In this document: positions 40,233-50,608 of the stretch, in pieces
Numbering within the stretch: position 1 is the stretch's first letter
Layout: each line of letters opens with the position of its first letter
Assembly: GCA_963695545.1 (NCBI GenBank)
Contig: OY968796.1
Span: 512,001 to 576,000 of the forward strand
Length of the DNA stretch: 64,000 bases
Source of the DNA: Terriglobia bacterium
GTDB lineage: Bacteria; Acidobacteriota; Terriglobia; Acidiferrales; UBA7541
Direction of reading: 5' to 3'
Translations under genes and position numbers: made by a program
Notes under the pieces: model-generated
Databases searched by the model: none
The model's input: only the letters and a program-made list of their open reading frames with translations
Told to the model about the DNA's origin: nothing

Positions 40233-40424
40233 ACGGACCATTGCGCCACCGCCCCTTATAACCCAGCGCGCGCCCCTGCCGAAAGTCGTCCGGGCGATAG
40301 GTGGCGCCTCGGATTCCCGCCGTCCCCATTATCAAGCTCCCGTTGTTGAACAATGCCTTGTACGCCCCATACGCTTCACTTAGAATCCCAGCAATTCAAG
40401 TATCCGGCGAAAGAGAACGCAACA

Positions 40425-41117
40425 ATGAGCGCAAGAATCGTTTTGCTCCTATCGCTCCCTCTGGTTCTTCTGGGGAGCGCGGCCGTCGCCATTCCTGGAT
40501 CTCCCGCGCCCGCCGGATCACCGTCCCAGATAACCTACACACTCATGGGAAGGAAGATGGCAGCGCCGGGTGCAAAATACCGAAGCTCGAATCGCATTTT
40601 CGCCATTGTCGTTCCGCCAATCACCGGCTTCGACAGTCCAACCTGGCGCGCATTCGACGATTGCCGCAAAGGTGACCACGAAGCCGTGATGCTCCGCGTA
40701 GTCGACTTCGGCGAAATGTACCGCGCCGGAGTCGTTTTCGAGCCAGCGGGAGAGGTGGATCTCGATACTATTGCGCCGCAACTCATGATTTCCGACAAGA
40801 GCCAGATCGGCGCCCCTCTTGAATCGATCGAGGAAACTCACGTAAGCACACAATTCGGCGACGCCACGCTGCGATTGTACTCAATCAAGGGCGGCTCGCT
40901 GATTGTGACCACTGCCCTCGGTCAAAAGCGCCAGAAACCCGAATCCCACGATAGTTACATTGCTCTCCTGGTCGTGCGCCAACCTGGTCGCATTCTGTTT
41001 GTCGCCGCGCAGGACGACTATGTGGGCATCATTGACAAAACGGCCGATGACGCGTGGAAGCAAGCGCTGAAGGCCCAAGCGCAAGCCCTCTTCGCCACCA
41101 TGACCCTCGGCAAGTGA
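40425..41117 (+). CDS. Hypothetical secreted protein
   Basis: Signal-like MSARIVLLLSLPLVLLGSAAVA; no family recognised. Confidence 0.65.
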   Translation: MSARIVLLLSLPLVLLGSAAVAIPGSPAPAGSPSQITYTLMGRKMAAPGAKYRSSNRIFAIVVPPITGFDSPTWRAFDDCRKGDHEAVMLRVVDFGEMYRAGVVFEPAGEVDLDTIAPQLMISDKSQIGAPLESIEETHVSTQFGDATLRLYSIKGGSLIVTTALGQKRQKPESHDSYIALLVVRQPGRILFVAAQDDYVGIIDKTADDAWKQALKAQAQALFATMTLGK

Positions 41118-41401
41118 GTGTTTTGCCGCGGCGAAGCATGTCCCCGCCTGCTCTGCTTGATGATCGCGCGCAGGATGGCTCCTTGCTTCACGACAGTCCT
41201 TGAGGAAATTCCCTCCCCGTCGATTCTTCGTGGAGAGAATATGACGGGGCTCCCTTCTGCCGCGTCACTTGCTCGACATGCTCAAAATTCAGACGAGAGC
41301 CATCAGCAAGCACCGGTAAGCAAATTTCGCACCCATCGATGCCGCTAGCATGGTTGGCCGTCTCGACTCCTGTAGAATGATTCTTTGAAGGAATTGCAGC
41401 G

Positions 41402-42403
41402 ATGAAAAGTCTATCCGAGACCCCACTCTCAGTCTTAGATCTCGCTCCGATCCGAGAAGGAAAATCTCTCGCAGACACCTTTGCCGCGTCGTTGGCTCTG
41501 GCGCGCTACGTCGAATCGCTTGGCTACAAAAGATTCTGGTTGGCCGAGCATCACAACTTGGCGGGCGTCGCGAGCTCCGCGACCTCCGTTCTCATCGGCT
41601 TCATCGCTTCCGGAACGAAAAAGATTCGCGTCGGCTCCGGCGGAATCATGCTCCCCAACCACGCGCCACTCATGGTCGCCGAAGAATTCGGAACCCTCGA
41701 AACTCTCTATCCCGGCCGAATCGACCTGGGTTTGGGCCGCGCGCCCGGCACAGATCAAGCCACCATGCGCGCGCTGCGGAAACGTCTAGGTCCGGAAGAC
41801 GACTTTGAAGAGCTGTTGCAGGAGCTGCAATTTTTTCTGGCCCCCGCGAAACCGAATCAGCAACTGCGCGCAATTCCCGGCGCGAATTTAGACATTCCCA
41901 TTTGGATTCTCGGCTCCAGCCTGTACAGCGCGCACCTGGCCGCCGCTCACGGTTTGCCCTACGCCTTCGCCGGTCACTTCGCGCCGGAAGAAATGCTCAA
42001 TGCGCTCGTGATCTATCGCCGCGAGTTCCAGCCTTCCGAAGTCTTGAAAAATCCCTACGTGATGATCGCCACGCAAGCCCTGGCTGCCGACACTGACGAG
42101 CAGGCCGATTTTCTGTCGACCACTCTCTACCTAAGATTCTTGGGCCTGATCCGCAATCAACGAACCGCTTTGTTGCCGCCCGTGAAGGACACCAGCAATC
42201 TCTGGTCGCCTTCCGAGCACCAAGCCATAAAGAACCGGCTTCGCTATGCCGCCATTGGCGGCCCAGCAAAAATTGCGGGCTCGCTCCAGAACTTGATCGA
42301 CCTGACGCAAGCCGACGAACTCATCATCAACTCTGAGCCCTACGACAGCGCCGCTCGCCTCCGCTCCTTTGAAATCATCGCCGGCTCCAGATCGGCCCAC
42401 TGA
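41402..42403 (+). CDS. LLM-class flavin-dependent oxidoreductase
   Basis: [38 protein letters not shown]. Confidence 0.92.
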   Translation: MKSLSETPLSVLDLAPIREGKSLADTFAASLALARYVESLGYKRFWLAEHHNLAGVASSATSVLIGFIASGTKKIRVGSGGIMLPNHAPLMVAEEFGTLETLYPGRIDLGLGRAPGTDQATMRALRKRLGPEDDFEELLQELQFFLAPAKPNQQLRAIPGANLDIPIWILGSSLYSAHLAAAHGLPYAFAGHFAPEEMLNALVIYRREFQPSEVLKNPYVMIATQALAADTDEQADFLSTTLYLRFLGLIRNQRTALLPPVKDTSNLWSPSEHQAIKNRLRYAAIGGPAKIAGSLQNLIDLTQADELIINSEPYDSAARLRSFEIIAGSRSAH

Positions 42404-42689
42404 CCTAGTTCGCCACCTGGAAATCTTCCAGGCGACCGCACGTACGCACCCGCTCATTCTGATCGGAGTGCTGACCTTCTTGCCCCGCGGCCACGCCAGC
42501 CAGCCGCGCGCTCTTCGAGGTTTGGCCACACGGCGCCTCACACCCCGATCAAGGGCCGGCGAAAGTGTCCGAAATGAAACAGCCTCGCGAGTGGGTCCCG
42601 TTGTTAAATATGCCTCCGACGCTTGGCATCCGGACTGAAAGGCAGTCGGCCGGCGTGCCGCGAAGGTATCGCAGTTCTTGGGATAACCG

Positions 42690-43175
42690 ATGCCAATCGA
42701 AGTGCTTTTGGCCGATGACACCGATTTCGTGCGCAAGGCGATTCGCCGCCTTCTCGAGAGCGATCCTGAAATCCAGCTCGTGGCCGAGGCGACTACCTTG
42801 CATCAAGTAATCGACATTGCAGGCAAGCTGCGGCCGCATGTCATCGCCATGGACCTGCACATGGATCGTCACGCAACGACCACTCCGTTACGATTGAAAT
42901 CATCCATCGGCATCTCGCCGCTGGTGGCAATCTCCATTTGGACGGACGACGAAGCCAAAGCTCTTGCCGATAGTCTCGGCGCTGTCGCGCTGCTGGACAA
43001 AGTAAACCTTGTCGTCGAACTAATTCCGACAATAAAGCGGTATTCTCACGTTCACGGACAGACCGCGAGCGCCGAGCAGGCGGCCCAGCTTGAGTGGCGC
43101 GAGAATAAGTCCCGGTCGGCCGTCCCCTTTCCGCAGCCTCGCGCTAACCATGGCCCTTTTGGCCCTTCACGTTAG
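42690..43175 (+). CDS. Stand-alone response regulator receiver
   Basis: VLLADD, PHVIAMDLHM, LLDK; no output domain. Confidence 0.8.
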   Translation: MPIEVLLADDTDFVRKAIRRLLESDPEIQLVAEATTLHQVIDIAGKLRPHVIAMDLHMDRHATTTPLRLKSSIGISPLVAISIWTDDEAKALADSLGAVALLDKVNLVVELIPTIKRYSHVHGQTASAEQAAQLEWRENKSRSAVPFPQPRANHGPFGPSR

Positions 43176-43194
43176 CCTCATCCATCTTCCACAA

Positions 43195-43600
43195 TTCGAA
43201 TGAATTTCCACAGCCCTCTATTCGAATAACCCACACGTTATCATTGACATGTACGCCAAAAGCGTGCTACCGTTGCACATGACTTGCGAACGCACATCGG
43301 CACCGCTGAAAACTCCGCTTGCGCTGTGCCCCGGCATGAGTTTTCCGCATATAGAGGAGGAGGTTGCCTCCACCCGCATTACCCCGCCGGCCAAATATCG
43401 TCGATACAACTCGATCAATCCTCACTCTTCTGCATCAAAGTGCCCCTCCAAACCATTTATTTTCAGTCTCTTGCAAAAGAGTGCGCAACTGATTGAATAC
43501 AATCGCTTTCATCCACTTTATTTTCACACTCATGCGCACTCTTTCGCTGGAACTCCTTTGTTTACATCATTTTACACTTTTGGTACCGGGGGTATATATA
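43195..43600 (+). repeat. Dispersed promoter/leader/repeat element, copy C
   Basis: TTCGAA 43195 and 43221; TTGACA 43244-43249, N18, TACCGT 43268-43273, N5, ATG 43279; stem AAAGAGTGCGCA 43476-43487 / TGCGCACTCTTT 43533-43544; ACCGGGGGTATATATA end. Confidence 0.85.
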
Positions 43601-43725
43601 GGGCCCCCTCCGCTGCGCCTTGCCGTGCACAGCAACGCCGTGCTACACCGAAGGCGATTCTTCCTCGGCGCATCCGGTATCCTGCATCGAACACTTCGAG
43701 AGGCACTCCATGGCTGACGCCATAG
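43279..43725 (+). CDS. Putative leaderless leader ORF in element copy C (148 aa)
   Basis: Open through the element; stop lies 16 nt into the next gene. Confidence 0.3.
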   Translation: MTCERTSAPLKTPLALCPGMSFPHIEEEVASTRITPPAKYRRYNSINPHSSASKCPSKPFIFSLLQKSAQLIEYNRFHPLYFHTHAHSFAGTPLFTSFYTFGTGGIYRAPSAAPCRAQQRRATPKAILPRRIRYPASNTSRGTPWLTP

Positions 43726-44111
43726 CACTCGTAGACGATCTATTCTTCCAGGCCAAGATGACCGAAACCGCGCGCCACACCGGCGTCGATCTCAAGACCG
43801 TCGCCAACTGCGATGCGCTATTGCGCGAAGCTGCGGCAAATCCCGGCGCGATGCTGCTGCTCGATCTGAACGCGCGCGGCGGCAATCCGCTCGAGGCGCT
43901 CGCCCGCGTTGCTGAACTCGCGCAAGCGAGCGCCGCGTCCGCGCCAGGCAACGGCTCCCCCCGCCGCGTCATCGCATTCCTTTCGCACGTCCAAACCGAC
44001 CTCGCCGCGCAAGCGCGCGCCGCCGGTTGCGACGAAGTCATGCCGCGCTCAAAATTCACCCAGGAATTGCCGCGCATCCTGCGCGAGTCCCGCACGGAGA
44101 ACGCGCAATGA
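43710..44111 (+). CDS. Receiver-like single-domain protein
   Basis: ALVDDLFF, LLLDLN, IAFLSHV, AGCDEVMPRSKF; GAGAGG SD. Confidence 0.78.
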   Translation: MADAIALVDDLFFQAKMTETARHTGVDLKTVANCDALLREAAANPGAMLLLDLNARGGNPLEALARVAELAQASAASAPGNGSPRRVIAFLSHVQTDLAAQARAAGCDEVMPRSKFTQELPRILRESRTENAQ

Positions 44112-45220
44112 GTGAGCAACTGCCGGAGCTATCACAACCGACGAGCACCAGCCCCGTAGGGGCGGCACATTTTAGCCTAGGGCGGAAGCCCTGGGTACGC
44201 CGCAAGAAATCGCGAAAGCCCCGTAGGGGCGACACAAAAGCGACGCAAACTACGCCGATCGCGCTTCAAGAAAATCGCTGGGCCCGTCGATTGATCCTCC
44301 CTCTCATCGCCTTGCTCTTCGCCGCGACCTCCGCATCCGCGCAAACCGCGCCGCCCGCCGGCGCCGACGTCGCCGCCACTCTCACCGGCGCGCTCTCCGC
44401 CGCATGCAAAGAAGACGACGCCGCATTCGCGCCGTTTCTCACTTCCGAAAATTCCACCGCGTTTCAAAATCTCGTCGGTCCGCAACGCATCGCGTTCATG
44501 AAACGTATCGTTCAGCTCGACGACGCCGGACATCCCTTGATTTCAACCAGCGATGACGGTCTGACGGTACTGCGCTGCGAAACTCCCGCGGTCACTACCG
44601 AAATGCGCTTTGGCCCAACGAAAGCCAGCGACAACTTGGCCTTCATCGCCGTGACTGTGCCCAGTCCAGGCGAAGATCCGCGCACGATTCGTTTCGGCCT
44701 GGTGCGCGAGCAAGGCCAATGGAAACTCCTCTCGCTTGGTCTTGTGCTGCTCGACGTGCAGGCGCTCTCCGACGAATGGGCCCACGCCGATATCGAATCG
44801 ATGGAAAACGACGCGGTCGATAATCTGCGCCAAATCGCAACCGCGCTTGACGCCTACCGCACCGCATTCGGCCAGTTGCCGGACTCGCTCGCACAGCTCG
44901 GCCCCGCGCCGCCCGGCGGAATTTCTCCGGATATGGCCAGCCTCGTTGACGCCGATCTTGCCTCCGGCGAAACGGGTGGCTACAAATTCCGCTACCGCAT
45001 CGTGCCATCCGCCAGCGCCACCACACCCGAGGATCAGAACAAACTCGCCGGCTACGAAATCGCCGCCACTCCGATCGCCTACGGCAAAACCGCCAAGCGC
45101 TCCTTCTTCCTCGATTCCTCCGGCGCCCTGCGCGGCGCCGATAAGAAAGGCGAAGTCGCCGGCCCCGAAGATCCGCGCATCGACGCCGGCACGGACACGC
45201 AATCGCCGCCGCAGCCCTGA
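44108..45220 (+). CDS. Secreted protein with pilin-like C-terminal region
   Basis: Signal segment LILPLIALLFAATSASA-Q; AVDNLRQIATA...LASGETGGYKF...YGKTAKRSFFLDSSG; ATGA coupling to the upstream gene. Start uncertain. Confidence 0.7.
   Translation: MSEQLPELSQPTSTSPVGAAHFSLGRKPWVRRKKSRKPRRGDTKATQTTPIALQENRWARRLILPLIALLFAATSASAQTAPPAGADVAATLTGALSAACKEDDAAFAPFLTSENSTAFQNLVGPQRIAFMKRIVQLDDAGHPLISTSDDGLTVLRCETPAVTTEMRFGPTKASDNLAFIAVTVPSPGEDPRTIRFGLVREQGQWKLLSLGLVLLDVQALSDEWAHADIESMENDAVDNLRQIATALDAYRTAFGQLPDSLAQLGPAPPGGISPDMASLVDADLASGETGGYKFRYRIVPSASATTPEDQNKLAGYEIAATPIAYGKTAKRSFFLDSSGALRGADKKGEVAGPEDPRIDAGTDTQSPPQP
44150..44236. repeat. REP-like palindromic element
   Basis: AGCCCCGTAGGGGCG(G/A)CACA at 44150 and 44217 flanking hairpin CCTAGGGC-GGAA-GCCCTGGG. 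Confidence 0.8.
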
Positions 45221-45284
45221 TCGCAAACGCGAACCAGAACGCCGGCGGAAACGGACGATGCGCACAATGTGTCGGAGAGAAATC

Positions 45285-46628
45285 ATGAAACGTCTCTCGC
45301 TGTTCGTGATTCCGCTTGCGGCTTGCGCGCTCAGCGTGCCTGCGGCAGCGACCGTCATCGGCACGAACGTCATCGCGCGGCCCGTGACGCCGGAGCGCAT
45401 CGCGACGCTCCCCTCCGCGCAACAGAAAGCCTGGCGAAAATATCTCGCGCAATCCGAAAAACAAAAAGCCATCGACAAAGCGACGCTCGCTGCGGAAATG
45501 AAAGCCGCCAACGTGACCGAATCGAAGCAAGCGCCGCAGGGCCGCAACGCGTTTGGACTCTATCTCACGCCCGCGAAACCCGCGGATTGGTATTCGAGCG
45601 CCGACGCCGTGCGCATCGCGACCAACGTGGTCAGCTTCCAGATCGCCGACGGCGGCTGGAGCAAGAACATCGATATGAACAGCAACCCGCGCGCGCCCGG
45701 CGGCCGCTATGACACGGACAATCTAAATCGCTATCCCGACCCAACCGATTTCGATAAACCCGTCGATGAAAAGTGGCACTACCTCGCCACGCTCGATAAC
45801 GACGCGACCACCACGCAGATTATTTTCCTCGCGCACGTCACTTCCGCGCTGCTCGCCGCGAATCGCGCGGCGGATGCCGAGCCATTCCGCGCGGCGGTCG
45901 AGCGCGGCATCGGATATCTTCTCGCGTCGCAATATCCCAATGGCGGATGGCCGCAAGTCTGGCCGCTCGAAGGCGGCTATCACGACGCCATCACCATCAA
46001 TGACGACGCCGATCTGCACGCCATCGAAGTTCTTGCCGATGCCGGCGCCCCCGCCAATGACTACAGCTATTTACCGCCAGCGCTGCGCCGCCGCGCCGCA
46101 GCCGCCGCGGTTCGCGGTATGAACTGCCTTCTGAAGCTTCAAATCCAAGAAAACGGCGTGCGCACCGCCTGGGCCCAGCAATACGACGCGCTGACGCTTG
46201 CGCCGACTTCCGCGCGCAACTACGAAATGGCTTCGATCGCTAGCGGCGAAAGCGCGACGATCGTCGCGTACCTCATGAGTCTGCCGCAGCCCACGCCGGC
46301 GGAAGTCGCCGCCGTGCACGCCGCCGCCGCATGGTTCACGCGAACCGAAATTTTCGGCTTCCGCTACGGCAGCGGCGATTTTCGCAGCGACCGCAACAAT
46401 CCCGATGGCCGCAAACTTGTGGCCGTGCCCGGCGCCGGCCCCATCTGGGCGCGCTACTACCAGATCGGCACCGACAAACCGATCTTCGGCGATCGCGACA
46501 AAACCATTCAGGACGATGTGAACGAAATCAGCCGCGAGCGCCGCAACGGCTATTCCTGGTACAACGCCGAAGGCATCGCGCTGCTTGCGACATACAAAAC
46601 CTGGGCGCAGTCGCACCCGCAAACGTAG
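45285..46628 (+). CDS. pelA: Secreted pectate lyase, PL10
   Basis: GGWSKN, TLDNDAT, QYPNGGWPQ, ITINDDA, WAQQ, ARNYE, WARYY, ERRNGYSW. Confidence 0.88.
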   Translation: MKRLSLFVIPLAACALSVPAAATVIGTNVIARPVTPERIATLPSAQQKAWRKYLAQSEKQKAIDKATLAAEMKAANVTESKQAPQGRNAFGLYLTPAKPADWYSSADAVRIATNVVSFQIADGGWSKNIDMNSNPRAPGGRYDTDNLNRYPDPTDFDKPVDEKWHYLATLDNDATTTQIIFLAHVTSALLAANRAADAEPFRAAVERGIGYLLASQYPNGGWPQVWPLEGGYHDAITINDDADLHAIEVLADAGAPANDYSYLPPALRRRAAAAAVRGMNCLLKLQIQENGVRTAWAQQYDALTLAPTSARNYEMASIASGESATIVAYLMSLPQPTPAEVAAVHAAAAWFTRTEIFGFRYGSGDFRSDRNNPDGRKLVAVPGAGPIWARYYQIGTDKPIFGDRDKTIQDDVNEISRERRNGYSWYNAEGIALLATYKTWAQSHPQT

Positions 46629-46657
46629 TCGCTGCGCACGTCAGGCAGCGCGAAGCG

Positions 46658-48304
46658 CTATGTGATTGGAATAGGCCGCGGACGATTTTTGAAGTGCCTT
46701 AGGACCATGAGCGCCAGCGCGATCAGGCACAACGCAGTGAAGCAGCACCAGAAATAAACCATGAAGTCTCGCAGCTGATAGACGTCTTTTACGCCGAGCG
46801 GCATTTGCGTGTAAGAAAGAAAATCGGAGAGATCCTGAATCCTGCTCTCATCGCCGTAATGAACGTAGTTGCGGAACATTTCGGCGTAGGGTCTGTAAGC
46901 AACGTAAAGCATCGCGCTTGAAAGCAGCATTCCGCTAACGCTGCCGATGAGAAAAGCGGACGCGCCGCGGCTCGCGCGAAGCGAACCGAGCCGAAACGAT
47001 CGGCTCTTTGCGGCGACGGTCGCGATGCAAATCAGCGTGAGCGAGGCGAAAAATAGCATCATGAGACCCGAAGCTCTTACGACAGCAGCATCCCAACGCG
47101 TGACCGCTCCGCCGGTCCATCGTTGGCGGAGCAAAGCTATCTGTTCTTCGAGGTCTCGGCCGGTACTTGTGGCGAGGTCCGTGTAGAAACGAGCTTGCTG
47201 TTGGTTCCCCTCTTGTTGGGAGAGCGCCGCGAGCCGCGTGTAGGCGTCTTGAAGAGGGCGGCTCATCGGGAATCTGCCCGGCCAGCCGAGCATGTTGCCG
47301 TAGCGTGCCACGGTCAAATAATTTTCGCGCGCTGCATTGCGATCGCCCTGCGCTTCCAGCGTCGCGCCGGATTTTAGAAGTGATTCCGCATAGCGGAAGG
47401 AGTCCCATGCTCCATAGCTTGGCAGGCCGCGCCAATACTCATCAAGATCGGCTTCATACGGATCGTCCACGGCATAACGAAGCAGAACCCGCCGGTCAAG
47501 CTCCCCGAGCCGGTCGAGATACGGATCAAGTTTTTCGGATTGAAACGCATTTGCGAGAGCGTCTCGCCACGCGGCACTCGGTTCGTCTGGAACCCGTTCG
47601 TGAAGTGTTCCCGCGCGATGCACTTGCTCGTTGTCGATGCGCTCCGCCACGAGGAGGTACGGAAGCGCGTTCTGCGGATCCCGCAGCTCGATCTGCGGAA
47701 TCCAGCCATCGATTTCGGGGAGTTCCGAGTGCCTCACGGCAACGACGGCGTAAACCCACGTCAGGTTCGGGTCGATGGATACGGCCTCGTCGGCCAATCG
47801 AGCGTTTTCGGCCGGAGCCCATTCGTGGATCGCGACGAATGCTATTCCCTCAGCGTCGTGTTGCTGCTCCGCGCGACGCGCCAGCGCTCCGAAACCCGGC
47901 TGTCTGCCGAAAGTCTTGGTGACGAAGGCGGTTTGCCACTGCGTGAGCGATACCTGAAATGCTTGCCGGAATGCGGGAGCCAGAAAAAATAGCAGTGACG
48001 CCACGACACAAGCGCCCGCAATGGCCAAAGTTGTCTTGCGCATGAGGCGACCCTCCTTCGCGAAGAATTCTGCGCCGAGAGGCGCTGAATGCCGGCTGCT
48101 GGCCGGAAGTACCGCATGCACGAGAGCGCGTCGCGCGAGGACGCTTGCTCCGCCGGCGGCCCAGCGCAGAGCCGCCCAATCGCCTTCGACGTGATTGAGC
48201 TCGCTTTCGATGGCTCGCGCCCACTCGATCTGATCGGGCGGAGTGATGCGCATCGCAATACGCATGAGCCAGCCGGCGGCGCGGCGTGGATGAGCGCACG
48301 GCAT
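46658..48304 (-). CDS. Membrane protein coupled to PadR
   Basis: EWARAIESEL...ALRWA N-terminal motif, several TM segments, 1-nt overlap with padR. Confidence 0.7.
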   Translation of the reverse strand: MPCAHPRRAAGWLMRIAMRITPPDQIEWARAIESELNHVEGDWAALRWAAGGASVLARRALVHAVLPASSRHSAPLGAEFFAKEGRLMRKTTLAIAGACVVASLLFFLAPAFRQAFQVSLTQWQTAFVTKTFGRQPGFGALARRAEQQHDAEGIAFVAIHEWAPAENARLADEAVSIDPNLTWVYAVVAVRHSELPEIDGWIPQIELRDPQNALPYLLVAERIDNEQVHRAGTLHERVPDEPSAAWRDALANAFQSEKLDPYLDRLGELDRRVLLRYAVDDPYEADLDEYWRGLPSYGAWDSFRYAESLLKSGATLEAQGDRNAARENYLTVARYGNMLGWPGRFPMSRPLQDAYTRLAALSQQEGNQQQARFYTDLATSTGRDLEEQIALLRQRWTGGAVTRWDAAVVRASGLMMLFFASLTLICIATVAAKSRSFRLGSLRASRGASAFLIGSVSGMLLSSAMLYVAYRPYAEMFRNYVHYGDESRIQDLSDFLSYTQMPLGVKDVYQLRDFMVYFWCCFTALCLIALALMVLRHFKNRPRPIPIT

Positions 48305-48618
48305 CAGGCTTCACTTCCGCCGAGCGCCGGCCGGCGAACTTTCCATCGCGGGCGAAGACCGTTCAGTGACGCGCGAGCCACTGCAACGCCTTTCGCCGTG
48401 AGGCGGTAGATATGGCGAGGAGGAACTCCGTCCTCGGTGAGCACCCATTTGGTTTCGAGCAGCGAGTGCCTGGCCAGTCGCATGAGAATCGGATAGAGCG
48501 TCCCGGATTTGAGATCGGTTTCACGGCTCAGTTCGTAGCCATAGCGCCAGGCGGCAGGACGCTCGATGAACTGCTCAAGCACGCGAAGAGTCTGGGGCGA
48601 TCGTCTGGGAATCTTCAT
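48304..48618 (-). CDS. PadR-family transcriptional regulator
   Basis: YGYEL, SGTLYPILMRL, PPRHIYRLT. Confidence 0.92.
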   Translation of the reverse strand: MKIPRRSPQTLRVLEQFIERPAAWRYGYELSRETDLKSGTLYPILMRLARHSLLETKWVLTEDGVPPRHIYRLTAKGVAVARASLNGLRPRWKVRRPALGGSEA

Positions 48619-48652
48619 GACATAAGTCTACATATGTAGATATTAATGTCAA
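48619..48652 (-). promoter_or_regulatory. Leaderless sigma70 promoter with perfect 14-bp palindromic operator
   Basis: TTGACA (48652-48647), N16, TAGACT (48630-48625), N6, ATG; TCTACATATGTAGA at 48627-48640. Confidence 0.8.
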
Positions 48653-48811
48653 AGTGCGTTCGAGGTCGCGGTGTCCAACTCACAACCGCCCTCGCGCAGA
48701 GCGGCGAATTGCCGGAATTATCGGAGGCTGACCGATGGCTTGGATGTCCGTGCAGCGCGTGCCAACAGTTGGCACGCGGGCAGCCGGCGAGTTAACATCG
48801 GCGACCCGCCC

Positions 48812-49897
48812 ATGCGATTTGCGCGCCATCGTCATCGAGAGAGTTACCGGCACCGTCGATGCCCTTTTCTGGTGGCTTCGCTTGCGCTCGCGAGCCTCGC
48901 GATTTCCGGAGCGGCGACGGCTGCGGCTCAGGACGTTGGCGCGGAAGCTCCGTCACCGCCGCCGGCGTTTGAATTTCACAGCGGATTCTGGGTGAATCTG
49001 CACCTGTTTCTTTACGCGCAATCGCGTATCGCCTCGGTCGGCGCGGCGGCGAGTTCTTCGGCGGGCCTGGGACAAGCGGGCGCGACAGCCCCGGCGCTTT
49101 CTGCGGCGGAGCGGCAGGCGTGGAATGCGGCGGTTGCGTTTTACGCTGCGGACCTCGGGCAGCGCGATTTGACGACGAGCCTGGATTTCGCGCGCATTAC
49201 CGACAGACTGGGTGATCTTGAAACTTGCAGCGATCTCTCCGGACGCAGCAAGCAAGCCTGCACTTCCGGCTTGCGGCCGGAACTGATTCGCGTGCTCGAA
49301 TCGGCCGCGCCGATTTACCGCGCGCACTGGTGGCCGCAACACGATCGCGCCAATCGCGCGTGGATCGCGCAAGTGGCGCCGCTGGTCGAGCAAATGGGCG
49401 GCGATCTGGCGGACCGGCTGCCTGCAATTTACCAGGAGCCTTGGCCGCGGGGACGATTGCGCGTTGACGTGGTGTGCTACGCGGGCTCTGAAGGAGCCTA
49501 CACGACGCTCGATCCGCTGCACCTGATGGTCGCAAGCGAAGACCCGCGCAATTCGGGATTGTATGGATTCGAGGTGCTATTTCACCAGGCGTCTGAAGTG
49601 CTGGCAGGCGGCGTCATGCAGAAGATTGCCGATCTATTCCGCGATCGCGATATGCCGATTCCGCGCGATCTGGACGCTGCGCTGCTGTACTACACCACGG
49701 GCTACGCGGTGCAGCACGAACTGGCGCAAAGCAGGCCGCAGGTGGCGCCGTACACGCCGTACGCCGATCGCTTTGGCCTGTATCAAGGCCCGTGGGCCGA
49801 ATTTCATTTGCTGCTCGAAGAATATTGGCGGCCATATCTGGATGGCACACTGGAATTCGATCCCGCAATCGAACACATCGTCGCCGGCATTTCCTGA
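48812..49897 (+). CDS. Hypothetical secreted protein
   Basis: Signal-like N-terminus; FHSGFWVNLHLFLY, YRAHWWP.HD..NR.WI, GAYT, LFHQASE. Confidence 0.72.
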   Translation: MRFARHRHRESYRHRRCPFLVASLALASLAISGAATAAAQDVGAEAPSPPPAFEFHSGFWVNLHLFLYAQSRIASVGAAASSSAGLGQAGATAPALSAAERQAWNAAVAFYAADLGQRDLTTSLDFARITDRLGDLETCSDLSGRSKQACTSGLRPELIRVLESAAPIYRAHWWPQHDRANRAWIAQVAPLVEQMGGDLADRLPAIYQEPWPRGRLRVDVVCYAGSEGAYTTLDPLHLMVASEDPRNSGLYGFEVLFHQASEVLAGGVMQKIADLFRDRDMPIPRDLDAALLYYTTGYAVQHELAQSRPQVAPYTPYADRFGLYQGPWAEFHLLLEEYWRPYLDGTLEFDPAIEHIVAGIS

Positions 49898-49940
49898 GCG
49901 ACAAAGCGGGAACGCGCGCGGCGATTTCGGGCGGATCGAG

Positions 49941-50528
49941 TTAGGTCTTCGGCGCGTCGGGCGAAGCGGAAATCGGCCGGCCCTTCGCGTAACGCGCAAA
50001 GTTGTCGAGCGAAGTGAACGTGCGGCTCTGCATGCGATCGATGTAAAGCGCGCCGTGCAGATGATCGATCTCGTGCTGCAGAATCCGCGCGTACCACCCG
50101 GACGCATCAATCGCGCGCGCTATGCCTCGCTCGTCCAGATATTCGACGCGAATCGTCCGGGCTCTTGGGACGACGGCGGAAAATCCGGCCAGACTCAAAC
50201 AGCCTTCGTAGAAATTGGCTTTCCCCTCGCCCAAGAGCGTGATCACTGGATTGATGATCACGTGAAACGCGATGGGGCGCCGCTCTCTTTCGGCGAGATC
50301 TTCGGGCGGCACGTCGTCCAGGATACTTTCGGGGTCTTCGATCACCGCGATTCGCAGCGGCAGTCCAATCTGCGGCGCGGCAAGTCCCACGCCGGGAGCG
50401 TCGTGCATGGTGTCGCGCATGTCGCGGATGAGCTGCTGTGTTTCGGCGCTGGCAATCTCTTTAAGCGTAAGTGTCCGCGCGGCTTCGCGCAAAATCGGAT
50501 CGCCCACCTGCACAATCTTCAAAATCAC
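49941..50528 (-). CDS. def: Peptide deformylase
   Basis: GVGLAAPQIG, EGCLS, QHEIDHL motifs. Confidence 0.95.
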   Translation of the reverse strand: MILKIVQVGDPILREAARTLTLKEIASAETQQLIRDMRDTMHDAPGVGLAAPQIGLPLRIAVIEDPESILDDVPPEDLAERERRPIAFHVIINPVITLLGEGKANFYEGCLSLAGFSAVVPRARTIRVEYLDERGIARAIDASGWYARILQHEIDHLHGALYIDRMQSRTFTSLDNFARYAKGRPISASPDAPKT

Positions 50529-50608
50529 CCCGCCCCCCCCACATAACCGTTCGAGTTGTACAAACCCAATATTCCAGACCGCCCATCTCGAATTCCGCTT
50601 GCCGCGGA

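Noticed and set aside
41120..41150. Degenerate REP-like hairpins here and at about 43626-43646
   Set aside because: Too decayed to support as features from this window alone.
44736..45284. 183-aa extension of the pectate lyase ORF
   Set aside because: It overlaps the upstream gene; a signal peptide and SD mark the start at 45285.
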